Virus record (IMG/VR): IMGVR_UViG_3300046786_000599
DNA from: an uncultured virus (IMG/VR IMGVR_UViG_3300046786_000599)
Lineage: Duplodnaviria > Heunggongvirae > Uroviricota > Caudoviricetes
Length of the DNA: 64,000 nt
Reading direction: 5' to 3' (one strand)
Part shown: one piece after another, positions 48,964 to 57,829 of the stretch
Layout of the letters: each line of letters begins with the position of its first letter
Numbering within the stretch: the stretch's first letter is position 1
The notes under the pieces: generated by a model
What the model saw: only the letters and a program-made list of their open reading frames with translations
What the model was told of the DNA's origin: nothing
Database searches by the model: none
Program-made: the position numbers and the translations under genes

Positions 48964-49850
48964 ACGTTATAAATCCTTTCTAATACGTCAGTTACATTAA
49001 TTTCATCTTCCCAAATTCTCATAAGTTTATATCCTTTTTTATTTGCTAAATTGTCTTTATATCTATCATTTTTCCACCGTCTCGACTGTTGTTCGTCCAT
49101 ATCGTCTAATTTTACATTTTTACTATGCCAATAACAACCATCAACTTCTATTATTAAGTTATTTTTTGGTATATACAAGTCAAAAATTTTATTTTCTAAT
49201 ACAAATGGAGAAATAAATTCTATATTGTGTTTTTTTAAAATATTTTTAATTTTAATCTCAGGAACGGTATTAATTCCGTGTAATCCACCATCATTCCAAA
49301 ATTTTATTAATCTTTCTGTGGTCGCTTTTCTGAGTTTTTCAATTGTTTCTTCGGAATGTTTTTTTCCATAAAAATGATTTTTGTCTCCTGTCATTTTTTC
49401 AGACATATGTTTTCTACTGTTTGGATTATTCCATCTAATGTATCTTCCAGTTTCCAAACTATTCAAATGAAACTGTTTTGTTTCATCGTTAATAGAATTC
49501 CAATAATCCTTTTTTATTTCAGACTGTAACTTTTTAAACTTATCAAATTCCGTTTTGTTTTGTTTTAACAAACTCATTTGCCGTCTACAATTCTCCGACA
49601 TCTTCTGTTTCACTTCAGGCTTTGACATTTCCATTTTAATTTTTTCTATAACTACTGGATTATCCATTGCCATTTTTGTTTTTTCGCTTATTAACTTGCG
49701 TTGTTCTTCTGTCCGTTTTCTGCCTTTGCGAGTTTCGTTAGCACAATTATAACACAAAGCATTTGTTCTATTTCCCCTATTCCAGTTACAACGATTGGAA
49801 TAGGGGATTTCGGTATTACAGTTTGGGCAACTTCTTTTCCACATATTCAT
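48960..49850 (-). mobile_element. Homing endonuclease-like protein (Zn ribbon + NUMOD3 + Vsr/DUF559)
   Basis: WKRSCPNC, NHFYGKKHSEETIEKLR, FDLYIP..IIEVDGCYWH, RIWE. Confidence 0.8.
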
Positions 49851-49962
49851 TGATAAGTTTTTCGATGACCCAAACGATTTTTAAACCATTTTTCGCACAA
49901 TAAGATTTTAACTTAGTGTAAGTTTCTTCGTTGACGTTTATAACTTTTCGTTTAGATTTCAT
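49816..49962 (-). CDS. Small ribbon-helix-helix-like protein (48 aa, not in ORF track)
   Basis: MKSKRKVINVNEETYTKLKSYCAKNGLKIVWVIEKLINEYVEK; overlaps the endonuclease start. Confidence 0.65.
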   Translation of the reverse strand: MKSKRKVINVNEETYTKLKSYCAKNGLKIVWVIEKLINEYVEKKLPKL

Positions 49963-50010
49963 TTACTAATCAATAAATAGTGTAGTGAATACAAAAACAT
50001 TCAAAAATGT

Positions 50011-50277
50011 TCATTGTTTTACTTTTTCTAATTTAATAGAAGATATATTCGAAAGTGGAATAAATTTTATATCAAGGATATTTGTTGTCGAATCTGTAAA
50101 GTATCCACCTTGTTTTTTTATATCAGAAACAAACTCGCATAAAATATTAAAACAAATCATATCATATTCAACGTCGTTGAGAGAATTATAATTTATAAGC
50201 GGATTTCGACGATTATCGATGTCTTCGTCTGTTATATATTTAATCAGGTCTATTTTTTTATCTTTTGGTTTACTCAT
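50011..50277 (-). CDS. Hypothetical protein
   Basis: 88-aa ORF with ATGA coupling. Confidence 0.5.
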   Translation of the reverse strand: MSKPKDKKIDLIKYITDEDIDNRRNPLINYNSLNDVEYDMICFNILCEFVSDIKKQGGYFTDSTTNILDIKFIPLSNISSIKLEKVKQ

Positions 50278-50495
50278 ATCATTATTTCTTTTGGTTCTAC
50301 TTTAAATTCTTTTTTTAAGTAATCATACATTTCTTTGACACAAACATCACAGAGATGTACTTTAATTTGATTCATATCAAAAATACTACCATACCAACTA
50401 ATCAATTGTAGCTCGGAAAAACATTCTCTCCCAGGATGTTTATCGCATAAAAACCTAGACTCTTCTGGTTGGTATTTTTGAGTTACTTCTTTCAT
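50274..50495 (-). CDS. Small putative Zn-binding protein
   Basis: CDKH..C, YGSIFD, HLCDVC. Confidence 0.6.
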   Translation of the reverse strand: MKEVTQKYQPEESRFLCDKHPGRECFSELQLISWYGSIFDMNQIKVHLCDVCVKEMYDYLKKEFKVEPKEIMI

Positions 50496-51136
50496 ACGCC
50501 TACTTCTCGTTTTTTAATCTGTTCACTATATCGTTCTTTAACAGGAACTCCCCCTGCTTCGTTATACATGTCTGCTAACGACTTTCCTGATATAATCCGA
50601 GAAACTTCTTGTTTTGGTTGAGTTTTGGTTTTATCGGTTGATCCGAATCCACCTTCACCACGTTTGGTTTTAGTCAAATCGTCTACCAACTCGAAATCAA
50701 CCAAAACTGTTGGTTCAAAAACTAACTGAGCAATAGTATCACCTTTTTTGTAGATTTTATTATAATTAACATTTCCCAAGATTCCTGTTGAGAATGGGTA
50801 TTTTAAATCTTCCGGTTGCCAAATATATTTGAATCTACAAATGACCATTCCTCGATAATCGTTGTCAATAAGCCCAATACTGTTCGATAGAACAAGATTA
50901 TACTTGCTAACGGATGATCGTGGATGAATAAGGGTATGAAACGTCATTGCTTCAGGAGCAATGAAAAGATTCGTCTCGTATTCGATATAATCTATTCTTT
51001 TCCAAAGAGTGCCTTCCGATTCTCCAACAATCTTTGGATCGGAAGTAGCAATAATATCATATCCAGCAGATACTTCCGATGCTTTTTTGGGTAAAGTAAG
51101 ACCTTCTATTTTTTTAACGTAGATTTTCATAACCAT
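50492..51136 (-). CDS. dut: Trimeric dUTPase with C-terminal extension
   Basis: SAGYDI, PRSSVS, GLIDNDYRG, IAQLV, RGEGGFGST. Confidence 0.93.
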   Translation of the reverse strand: MVMKIYVKKIEGLTLPKKASEVSAGYDIIATSDPKIVGESEGTLWKRIDYIEYETNLFIAPEAMTFHTLIHPRSSVSKYNLVLSNSIGLIDNDYRGMVICRFKYIWQPEDLKYPFSTGILGNVNYNKIYKKGDTIAQLVFEPTVLVDFELVDDLTKTKRGEGGFGSTDKTKTQPKQEVSRIISGKSLADMYNEAGGVPVKERYSEQIKKREVGV

Positions 51137-51152
51137 TGTAATTAACTACAGT

Positions 51153-52646
51153 TTACAACTTGGCTATAGTAGATTCAATTTTTTTGTTAATTTTATCCAA
51201 ATCTATTTTCGGTAAAGTAAATCCCATTTCTTTATTTGGCATCTGATTTCCAATATAATCCGTGGAAGTCACAAGTTCGATTGAGCTCGCTGGTTTCCAT
51301 TTAGAAAAACAATGATCCATAGCTGCTACAAACTGGTTACACATATTTTCAGCATTTAAGCCGCCGTCGCCCAACGCCCATTCACGTCCTTTAAATCCAC
51401 ACAGTTCTCTCTGTTCCTTCGGCATGACATACCAATACATCATAGCTTCTGCTAACTCCTCCCATGTAGAAAGGTCGTCAAGAATATATGGTGTTGGAAT
51501 CGAACCTTGAATATATCTTGCTGTTGGGAATAATGGATAAGACCATACACCGTGAGTCTTATATTTGCCATCAAAATTAGATCCCCACTTTAGGTCGAAA
51601 ACAGGAGGTTTACCATTTTCATCAACAAACCCCATCTGATCTTGAAGACCGCCTGTAACTGTTGCAATAACAGGAGTTCCACATATGATGGATTCAGCAA
51701 TTGAAAGTCCAAATCCTTCATTTGATGAAATGTTGATGGTAACATCAGCGATGTTATAAAGACACGACATGTCTTCTGGAAGGATTTTAGCAGTAGAAAA
51801 CACAATGTCATAATCAGGACAAAGAGCTTCTTTAACCGCCATCAAATCGGTTCCGGCATCACATCTAACTTCGGTGTGAAGAATTAGACAACACTCTTTG
51901 GCTTCCTCTTTGGGAAGGTTATCACAGAAGTTTCTATAAGCTAGAATAATATTCGATGGACGCTTACGGTGAACGTTACGGCTGTTAAACAACATTACAA
52001 ACTTATAGTCTTTTCCAGACAGAAACTCTTTTCTCCTCTGAACAAGTCGAGCATCCGTAACAGGCAATGGTTGAAAAACTTTGTGGTTAATTCCATGAGG
52101 TACGTAATGAATTAACGTTTTGTCATGAATTTCCGAGTCGTTTACTGTACAAACCCTATCTTCTCCTAAAACCTGCTTATTTATATTGTAAGTTTGTTTG
52201 CTAATAGACATTAACACATCACAAGATTCGTAAAATGGCCGATTATACATTGGATATGGCAAATCATCCCAAATGTTAAGGTAAGTCAACGGAACCTTAG
52301 CTCTAACTTGTTTTTCAATCAAATATAACCAAGTCCAAAAACGGGGATCAGTGAAATGAAGAACAGCATCAGGCTTCTCCATATTCATGATTGCAAACAA
52401 TGTATCTTCGTCGCCGTAACCGTCTACAGGGTAAAGTTTTACGTAACAATCGTTTCTGCCCAACATCTTGTTAGTTGCATCCGACATATCAGCAATCTTG
52501 CCTTTGTCAGGATGGGTTATAGCACCTGCTATTTGAACCCAATCGTATCTGTCTGCTGTTCCTAGAACGAGTTCACGTCCCATTGTAGCAATACCTGAAT
52601 GCATTCTTATATCATCAGCCAATAATAATATTTTCTTTTTTGCCAT
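51153..52646 (-). CDS. Glycosyltransferase family 4
   Basis: HSGIAT, VPHGIN, RNVHRK, SSNEGFGLSIAES..GTPVI..TGGLQDQ. Confidence 0.88.
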   Translation of the reverse strand: MAKKKILLLADDIRMHSGIATMGRELVLGTADRYDWVQIAGAITHPDKGKIADMSDATNKMLGRNDCYVKLYPVDGYGDEDTLFAIMNMEKPDAVLHFTDPRFWTWLYLIEKQVRAKVPLTYLNIWDDLPYPMYNRPFYESCDVLMSISKQTYNINKQVLGEDRVCTVNDSEIHDKTLIHYVPHGINHKVFQPLPVTDARLVQRRKEFLSGKDYKFVMLFNSRNVHRKRPSNIILAYRNFCDNLPKEEAKECCLILHTEVRCDAGTDLMAVKEALCPDYDIVFSTAKILPEDMSCLYNIADVTINISSNEGFGLSIAESIICGTPVIATVTGGLQDQMGFVDENGKPPVFDLKWGSNFDGKYKTHGVWSYPLFPTARYIQGSIPTPYILDDLSTWEELAEAMMYWYVMPKEQRELCGFKGREWALGDGGLNAENMCNQFVAAMDHCFSKWKPASSIELVTSTDYIGNQMPNKEMGFTLPKIDLDKINKKIESTIAKL

Positions 52647-52658
52647 AATTGTAACCTT

Positions 52659-52862
52659 TTACAGAGAACTAGTTGAGTTTAAAACAGGAATTTGAAAGTT
52701 ATTCACAGTTTCACGAAAAACTAGGTCGTTAACATAAAAATAAATACACTTCTCCACAAAAGATTGGAGAGTGTATTTATGTCTTACGCTAAGAACTTTT
52801 AACTCGTCGTATAACTTTGAATCCACCTTGACGGTGGTCGGAACTTTGTTTGTGTTCTTCAT
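52659..52862 (-). CDS. Ribbon-helix-helix-like DNA-binding protein
   Basis: TTVKVDSKLYDELKVLSV..TLQSFVEKCIYFY. Confidence 0.6.
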   Translation of the reverse strand: MKNTNKVPTTVKVDSKLYDELKVLSVRHKYTLQSFVEKCIYFYVNDLVFRETVNNFQIPVLNSTSSL

Positions 52863-52919
52863 ATATGTTTAAACTTACATCCATACATATATTAAGATTT
52901 ACTTTTCGATATTTTTTTA

Positions 52920-53819
52920 TTAAACTAGTTCTTGTTTTTGATCACAGTTGATTTTTTTGTGTGGACAATACTTACAATGTTTCTTTTTTTCTCCTGGGTT
53001 TTTAGGGAAGTTCTTGACATCAGAAACATAACTTCCTTCTTGAGTAAACGACTCTGATACAAACTGAGCAAAATCTGTTATTGTTCCCGCAACAATAGGA
53101 TTACTATTAGGCGGAACAAACAACTGAATTCTGCTTTGAGGATAACTTACCTTTTCATACAATTTTCTTTTTAGAATAAAGAATTCTACAGAGATTTTGT
53201 GTAAAGGTATGTTGAATTTTTTACTATAGAAAGCTTTGTACAAAAGCAACTGAGCGGTTTTTGTATAATCGTCTTTCATATAATCGTTCCAACCATTGGA
53301 AGATGTTTTGAAGTCGAAGATTTTGATGTCTCCTGTTTTCTTTTCACGTAGAACAAGGTCAATATATGCTACGAAGTTGACGTTGTTTTTGATAGGCATA
53401 TCAATTTCCAATTCAACGTCAACGAACTCGTATTTGTCTTTTGGGAAGTGTTTTATTCTAGTAGCTGTTTCGGAAAACTCTTTTAAGATATCCTCCCCAT
53501 CAAACATGAATTCAGTATATTCATCCTCCGTATGTTTAACTTCCGTATTTTTTAACTCTTTTTCAAACGTTTCTTTGAAGAGTTTGTATAATTCTATTGA
53601 GTCTGCTTTTTCAACACCTTCTGTATATAACGTCTTAACATAGGTTTGAATGGTTTCGTGAATAGCCGTTCCAAAACAAGTATTAATACTATCATCAAAC
53701 TGTTTAAGACCTCGCACGTAATCCAACATCCACCAGTGAGGACATTTTAACCATTTAGCAAATTGTGAAAAAGAAACTCTTATTTTTTCTTCTTTTTTGT
53801 GATTTTCTACATTTTCCAT
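52920..53819 (-). CDS. PD-(D/E)XK nuclease (RecB/Cas4-like, Cys cluster)
   Basis: SFSQ..CP, FGTAIHE, YIDLV, DFKTS, QLLLY, CKYCP..C. Confidence 0.88.
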   Translation of the reverse strand: MENVENHKKEEKIRVSFSQFAKWLKCPHWWMLDYVRGLKQFDDSINTCFGTAIHETIQTYVKTLYTEGVEKADSIELYKLFKETFEKELKNTEVKHTEDEYTEFMFDGEDILKEFSETATRIKHFPKDKYEFVDVELEIDMPIKNNVNFVAYIDLVLREKKTGDIKIFDFKTSSNGWNDYMKDDYTKTAQLLLYKAFYSKKFNIPLHKISVEFFILKRKLYEKVSYPQSRIQLFVPPNSNPIVAGTITDFAQFVSESFTQEGSYVSDVKNFPKNPGEKKKHCKYCPHKKINCDQKQELV

Positions 53820-53825
53820 TTTATT

Positions 53826-53854
53826 AGATTAACACGACTCAGTTAAGTTGTAAA
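53826..53854 (-). promoter_or_regulatory. sigma70-like promoter, probably leaderless
   Basis: TTTACA-17nt-TAATCT with TG extension, 6 nt before ATG 53819. Confidence 0.55.
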
Positions 53855-54143
53855 TTTTTTATTCAGACGCATGTTATTTTCATAAATATCTTCAACATTA
53901 TTTGGAAATTGATAATCATAATTACATTCTCCTAAACATATCCATCCGCTTGCGGATAATCGAGATTTATTTACAATTCCCTTTAAATTATCTCGTTTTA
54001 GATTATATTTTTTTAAAAACTCACCAAACGTACCGATAAATTTCAAATTTGGTTTTTTAAAAAAAGCATAATATTTTTTATGTTTATTTAATATATAATT
54101 GACTAAAATTCACTCTCTTCTTTTTATTTACTTCTTCATCCAT
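53843..54143 (-). pseudogene. Remnant: duplicated nuclease 5' end plus homing-endonuclease C-terminal fragment
   Basis: 54143-54084 encodes MDEEVNKKKRVNFSQLYIK*. The following frame lacks an ATG and encodes KFIGTFGEFLKKYNL..GWICL, similar to the GIY-YIG C-terminus at 61537. Confidence 0.55.
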
Positions 54144-54190
54144 AATACTTATTATTGTATCCTAAATACAATATTACAACAACATATTTT

Positions 54191-54973
54191 ATGTTAAACC
54201 GAATTAAATTAACACTACTGACTTTGCTTTGTTTCAGTTCAGTTCTCTATGCCGAACAAATAAATGGCTTTGTAACAGTCTATAACCATTCCGAAGGTTT
54301 AAATTATCAATCTTACAAAGTAGATACTAAATCGTTTGTAACTAATGGTTTAGAACAATACAAAACATATGAAATTGACGTTAACACTTTTGAAATAAAC
54401 ACTAAACCCAACGAAACTGTAGGTTTATATTTTGTGAACGGCAATGTTGTAAAGGTTTCTGAAAATTCTGAGTTCAGAGTAGATTTGATGAACGTCACTT
54501 TAAAAAACAAAACAACGTATCCTTCAAAAGTTGATGTAGAAACTTATAATTTGAACATGGCGTTAATGGAAGGAGAGGGGTGGTTTGATGTAAAAACTTC
54601 AGGAAACGATCAATGTTTATTACAAACACCGCTTGTAAATTTGGGGTTGGATACAGGAAAGTTCTATATTCAAACTACAAAGAATAGCGTAATGGTTTAT
54701 ATTATTGAAGGTAGTTTAGGTGTTTATGATAATGTGACAAATAAAAAAGAAGAAATTCAATCAGGGAATGCTGTGTTGATTAGACCCTCCCCTAAGCTTA
54801 GTCCTAAACAACTGGAGTTATTTGCTGATAAAATGACTACAGTTATTAAAAAAGCTAAACCAGAAACATTTAAAGTACATTTAGAAACTATCAATCAACT
54901 TAAAGAAGCTTGTACAGCAGAGTTAATGATTGTACAAATAGACAATAAAATAATAGGTGTCAAGATAAAATAA
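54191..54973 (+). CDS. Secreted FecR-domain-like protein
   Basis: Signal peptide MLNRIKLTLLTLLCFSSVLYA; NGNVVKVSENSEF, LMEGEGWFDV, QTP, VYIIEGSLGV. Confidence 0.7.
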   Translation: MLNRIKLTLLTLLCFSSVLYAEQINGFVTVYNHSEGLNYQSYKVDTKSFVTNGLEQYKTYEIDVNTFEINTKPNETVGLYFVNGNVVKVSENSEFRVDLMNVTLKNKTTYPSKVDVETYNLNMALMEGEGWFDVKTSGNDQCLLQTPLVNLGLDTGKFYIQTTKNSVMVYIIEGSLGVYDNVTNKKEEIQSGNAVLIRPSPKLSPKQLELFADKMTTVIKKAKPETFKVHLETINQLKEACTAELMIVQIDNKIIGVKIK

Positions 54974-54974
54974 T

Positions 54975-56117
54975 ATGAATTATAGACAATTTTTTATCGA
55001 AGAATTAGAACAATCATTGAAATTTGATATTCAATCAGTTGGTTATCACAACAACCAACACGATTTGGTGTTGACTGCTAAAACAGAAGATGGCAACGTA
55101 GTTGGCAAAATAGAATATAATGAGTATCAAGGAAAACCACATATTAGTTGGATAGAAGTTGAACCTTTGTTAAGAAAACAAGGTATTGGAAAAAAAATGA
55201 TTAATTTTTTACAAAACCAATATCCTGACGAAGAAATTAAAATTGGAGGTACTACTGATTTAGGAACTAAATTTTTTGATAAGTTACCAAAAACGTTTGA
55301 AAAGAACGAAAGGTATGATACGTTAGTAAAACGATTAAAATCTTTACAAAACGCTGAAAATAGATTAAATAAGTATGTTCAGAAAACAGGAATTTCTAGT
55401 GAAAGAATTTCAAATTTATACAATGATATAAGTGATGAAATATGGCAAATAGAACAGGAGCTACAAGATATGTCTCCAGGAAAAACAAAATTTAAAGAAA
55501 CCTTTATATCTGAAGATTATCCTCCCAACTGGAATATCGAAACTTTCAAATCTATCAAATCATTCTCTAAGAGAGTTGCTTATTGCAATCAAAACCTACA
55601 ACGTCTTGCTTCGGGGTCTTCCAGAATAGCATACAAAATAGATGAGGAAAAAGTTTTGAAGTTGGCTAAGAATAAAAAAGGCATTGCTCAAAACAGCGTA
55701 GAAAGAGACTGGTATGTTCAACAATCATACGGAAATATTGTTGCTAAGGTTTATGATGTCGATGAAAATGACTTATGGTTAGAAATGGAATTGGCCAAGA
55801 AACTCACGCCTAGCCGGTTTAAAGCGTTAGTCGGAGAACATGTAGACGATGTTGGGGATTATCTATTGAACAGAGATGACGAAAATAACGGTAAAAGACG
55901 AGTTCGAGCAGAAGATCCAATTGTGAAATTAGTATTGGATAAAAACGAATGGGTCCAACAAATTTACTCTCTCTGTCGTGAAGTTGACCTTCAGCCAGGA
56001 GATTTCGGTCGAATTTCCAGTTATGGTGAAGTAATCAGAGATAATAAACCAGCCGTGGTTATAATTGATTTGGGTCTTAGCAAATCTGTTTGGAACGATT
56101 TCTATGGAGTAACTTAA
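54975..56117 (+). CDS. GNAT acetyltransferase - protein-kinase-like fusion
   Basis: ISWIEVEPLLRKQGIGKKMI (GNAT motif A); LASGSSRIAY, VLKLA, LEMELA, GDF, VIIDLGL (kinase-like). Confidence 0.68.
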   Translation: MNYRQFFIEELEQSLKFDIQSVGYHNNQHDLVLTAKTEDGNVVGKIEYNEYQGKPHISWIEVEPLLRKQGIGKKMINFLQNQYPDEEIKIGGTTDLGTKFFDKLPKTFEKNERYDTLVKRLKSLQNAENRLNKYVQKTGISSERISNLYNDISDEIWQIEQELQDMSPGKTKFKETFISEDYPPNWNIETFKSIKSFSKRVAYCNQNLQRLASGSSRIAYKIDEEKVLKLAKNKKGIAQNSVERDWYVQQSYGNIVAKVYDVDENDLWLEMELAKKLTPSRFKALVGEHVDDVGDYLLNRDDENNGKRRVRAEDPIVKLVLDKNEWVQQIYSLCREVDLQPGDFGRISSYGEVIRDNKPAVVIIDLGLSKSVWNDFYGVT

Positions 56118-56123
56118 AATAAG

Positions 56124-56152
56124 TTGAATTTCTTTTCTAACTGTGTGATAAT
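56124..56152 (+). promoter_or_regulatory. sigma70-like promoter, probably leaderless
   Basis: TTGAAT-17nt-GATAAT, 7 nt before ATG 56160. Confidence 0.5.
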
Positions 56153-56159
56153 GTTAAAC

Positions 56160-56720
56160 ATGATTACACATCGTATAGGAAATCTAGTTAAAGAACCTCT
56201 TGATGCTTTTATTCACCAGGCAAATTGTTTTAACACAATGGGTTCTGGTGTAGCAAGGGAAATCAAAGACACTTATCCAGAAGTTTACTATGCGGATTGT
56301 AGAACTAACAAAGGATCTCTGAATAAACTTGGAACTTTTTCCTATGCTAGAACGTTGGATGGAAAAATTGGTTATAATTTATATAGCCAATATGACTATG
56401 GTTATGATGGCAAATTGTATACCAATTATGAAGCGATGAGACGGGGTTTGGAAAAAATATTAGAACATGTAAAGACACATTTGAAGTCCGATGCTAAAAT
56501 TGGCATTCCGTGTCGAATGGGGTGTGCTAGGGGAGGCGGCGACTGGAATGAAGTTCTAAAAATTATTAGAGAAGTTTTTGAAAACGAAACATTGGAGATA
56601 GTTATTTGTGAATTTAAAGAATATTCTCCTCAAGAAGAAGATTTCAAAAATAAGTTACGAGCGGCTTATAAAAAATCTGAGTTGTTAGGATTAACCGAAA
56701 GTGATACAAATGAAAGTTGA
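56160..56720 (+). CDS. Macrodomain protein (ADP-ribose glycohydrolase-like)
   Basis: GNL, HQANCFNTMGSGVA, NLYSQ, IPCRMGCARGGGDW. Confidence 0.9.
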   Translation: MITHRIGNLVKEPLDAFIHQANCFNTMGSGVAREIKDTYPEVYYADCRTNKGSLNKLGTFSYARTLDGKIGYNLYSQYDYGYDGKLYTNYEAMRRGLEKILEHVKTHLKSDAKIGIPCRMGCARGGGDWNEVLKIIREVFENETLEIVICEFKEYSPQEEDFKNKLRAAYKKSELLGLTESDTNES

Positions 56721-56874
56721 TGAAACAAATATTGATCTAAACAGTTTTATACATGAAATTAAAGAACGGCTACCTAATTTTGAAATTAATGTTTTAAGAT
56801 TGGGTGAAAATTTTGTAAAACCAAAGACGTTTTCTGAGTGGATGGAACTCTTTGTAAGATGGAATAACACATGA
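56710..56874 (+). CDS. Small hypothetical protein (54 aa, not in ORF track)
   Basis: MKVDETNIDLNSF...FSEWMELFVRWNNT; ATGA overlap with the next gene. Confidence 0.5.
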   Translation: MKVDETNIDLNSFIHEIKERLPNFEINVLRLGENFVKPKTFSEWMELFVRWNNT

Positions 56875-57146
56875 TACCCGCCGGACTTTGGCCACACATT
56901 TCTATAGATGAAATAAACTCTTTATCGGAAGATGAAGCGTTTATGCTTTTGTATATTTGTAATGTATGGGCTCCTATAAGACCTCCAGTTCCTTCCGAAA
57001 ACGACCAACATCCAATTACTTTAAAATTGATACGGTATGCTCGGCGAGAAGCAATACTTGATAGAGTTAAACAGGCAGAATCCGTTGTAAAAGAAGAACA
57101 CAAGGAAATATACAATGGACTTAAAACGAAGTTGAAAGTACCATAA
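56871..57146 (+). CDS. Hypothetical protein
   Basis: 91-aa ORF in operon. Confidence 0.55.
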   Translation: MIPAGLWPHISIDEINSLSEDEAFMLLYICNVWAPIRPPVPSENDQHPITLKLIRYARREAILDRVKQAESVVKEEHKEIYNGLKTKLKVP

Positions 57147-57150
57147 CTAT

Positions 57151-57402
57151 ATGAAAAATAGAATGAGTATAGAAATTGTAGGACATACCACAGAACTTAG
57201 AGAGTTAATTCATATTCTAAAATGTATTCAAAAGTGTGGTGAACGAGGAACCCATAGAACATTTCAAGTTAGTGTTGATGGTGACGGATCTGGTCGATTA
57301 TTGTTTTTGTATAAGAATGAGTTTGGAGAAGATGAATTTTTCCCAACGGATGATATTGATTTAGATAAAGAAGAATTGAGAAACCTTTCTATCGGGGAAT
57401 AA
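57151..57402 (+). CDS. Hypothetical protein
   Basis: 83-aa ORF with VDGDG motif. Confidence 0.55.
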   Translation: MKNRMSIEIVGHTTELRELIHILKCIQKCGERGTHRTFQVSVDGDGSGRLLFLYKNEFGEDEFFPTDDIDLDKEELRNLSIGE

Positions 57403-57406
57403 AGAA

Positions 57407-57649
57407 ATGAACGTAAAAGTTTCAGATAATGTTAAAAATCTTAAAGAAAATGTTTATGACTGGCATAATAGGTATTTAGAAATATTAAGAAAACAAAAGG
57501 AACATACAATTATGAATGTTTTAGGAAATAACAATCAAATTATTACGGGAAATAATAACATTCAAAAAATAAAGTCATCTAAAAAATGGATTTATATTTC
57601 GATTTCTATACCGATAATTAGTTATTTATTTTATTTGATATTATTCTAA
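57407..57649 (+). CDS. Small protein with C-terminal TM helix
   Basis: GNNN repeats, WIYISISIPIISYLFYLILF. Confidence 0.5.
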   Translation: MNVKVSDNVKNLKENVYDWHNRYLEILRKQKEHTIMNVLGNNNQIITGNNNIQKIKSSKKWIYISISIPIISYLFYLILF

Positions 57650-57679
57650 CGCTTTATGTTCTAACGTAATATTTATTGT

Positions 57680-57829
57680 ATGGGTCGCAAAAAATTAAAT
57701 AGAAACAAAGAAGAAATCCGAGAACAAAATCGGTTGCGTGCTCGTAAATATTATGAGAGACATAAAGACAAGATCAAACAAAACAGAATGCGAAGATATT
57801 GGGAAAGTTTGGAAGAGAAATTGTTCTAA
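57680..57829 (+). CDS. Small basic MGRKK-type protein (49 aa, not in ORF track)
   Basis: MGRKKLNRNKEEIREQNRLRARKYYERHKDKIKQNRMRRYWE; TATTTATT directly upstream; similar to 62153-62314. Confidence 0.65.
   Translation: MGRKKLNRNKEEIREQNRLRARKYYERHKDKIKQNRMRRYWESLEEKLF

Noticed and set aside
15165..52646. Host chromosomal O-antigen locus (prophage boundary or chimera)
   Set aside because: The region is interleaved with dUTPase, homing endonucleases and phage-type promoter motifs, looks compositionally uniform and lacks export genes. Read-level confirmation is still needed.
52920..53819. CRISPR-associated Cas4
   Set aside because: No cas1/cas2 or array; stand-alone nucleases of this type are common in phages.
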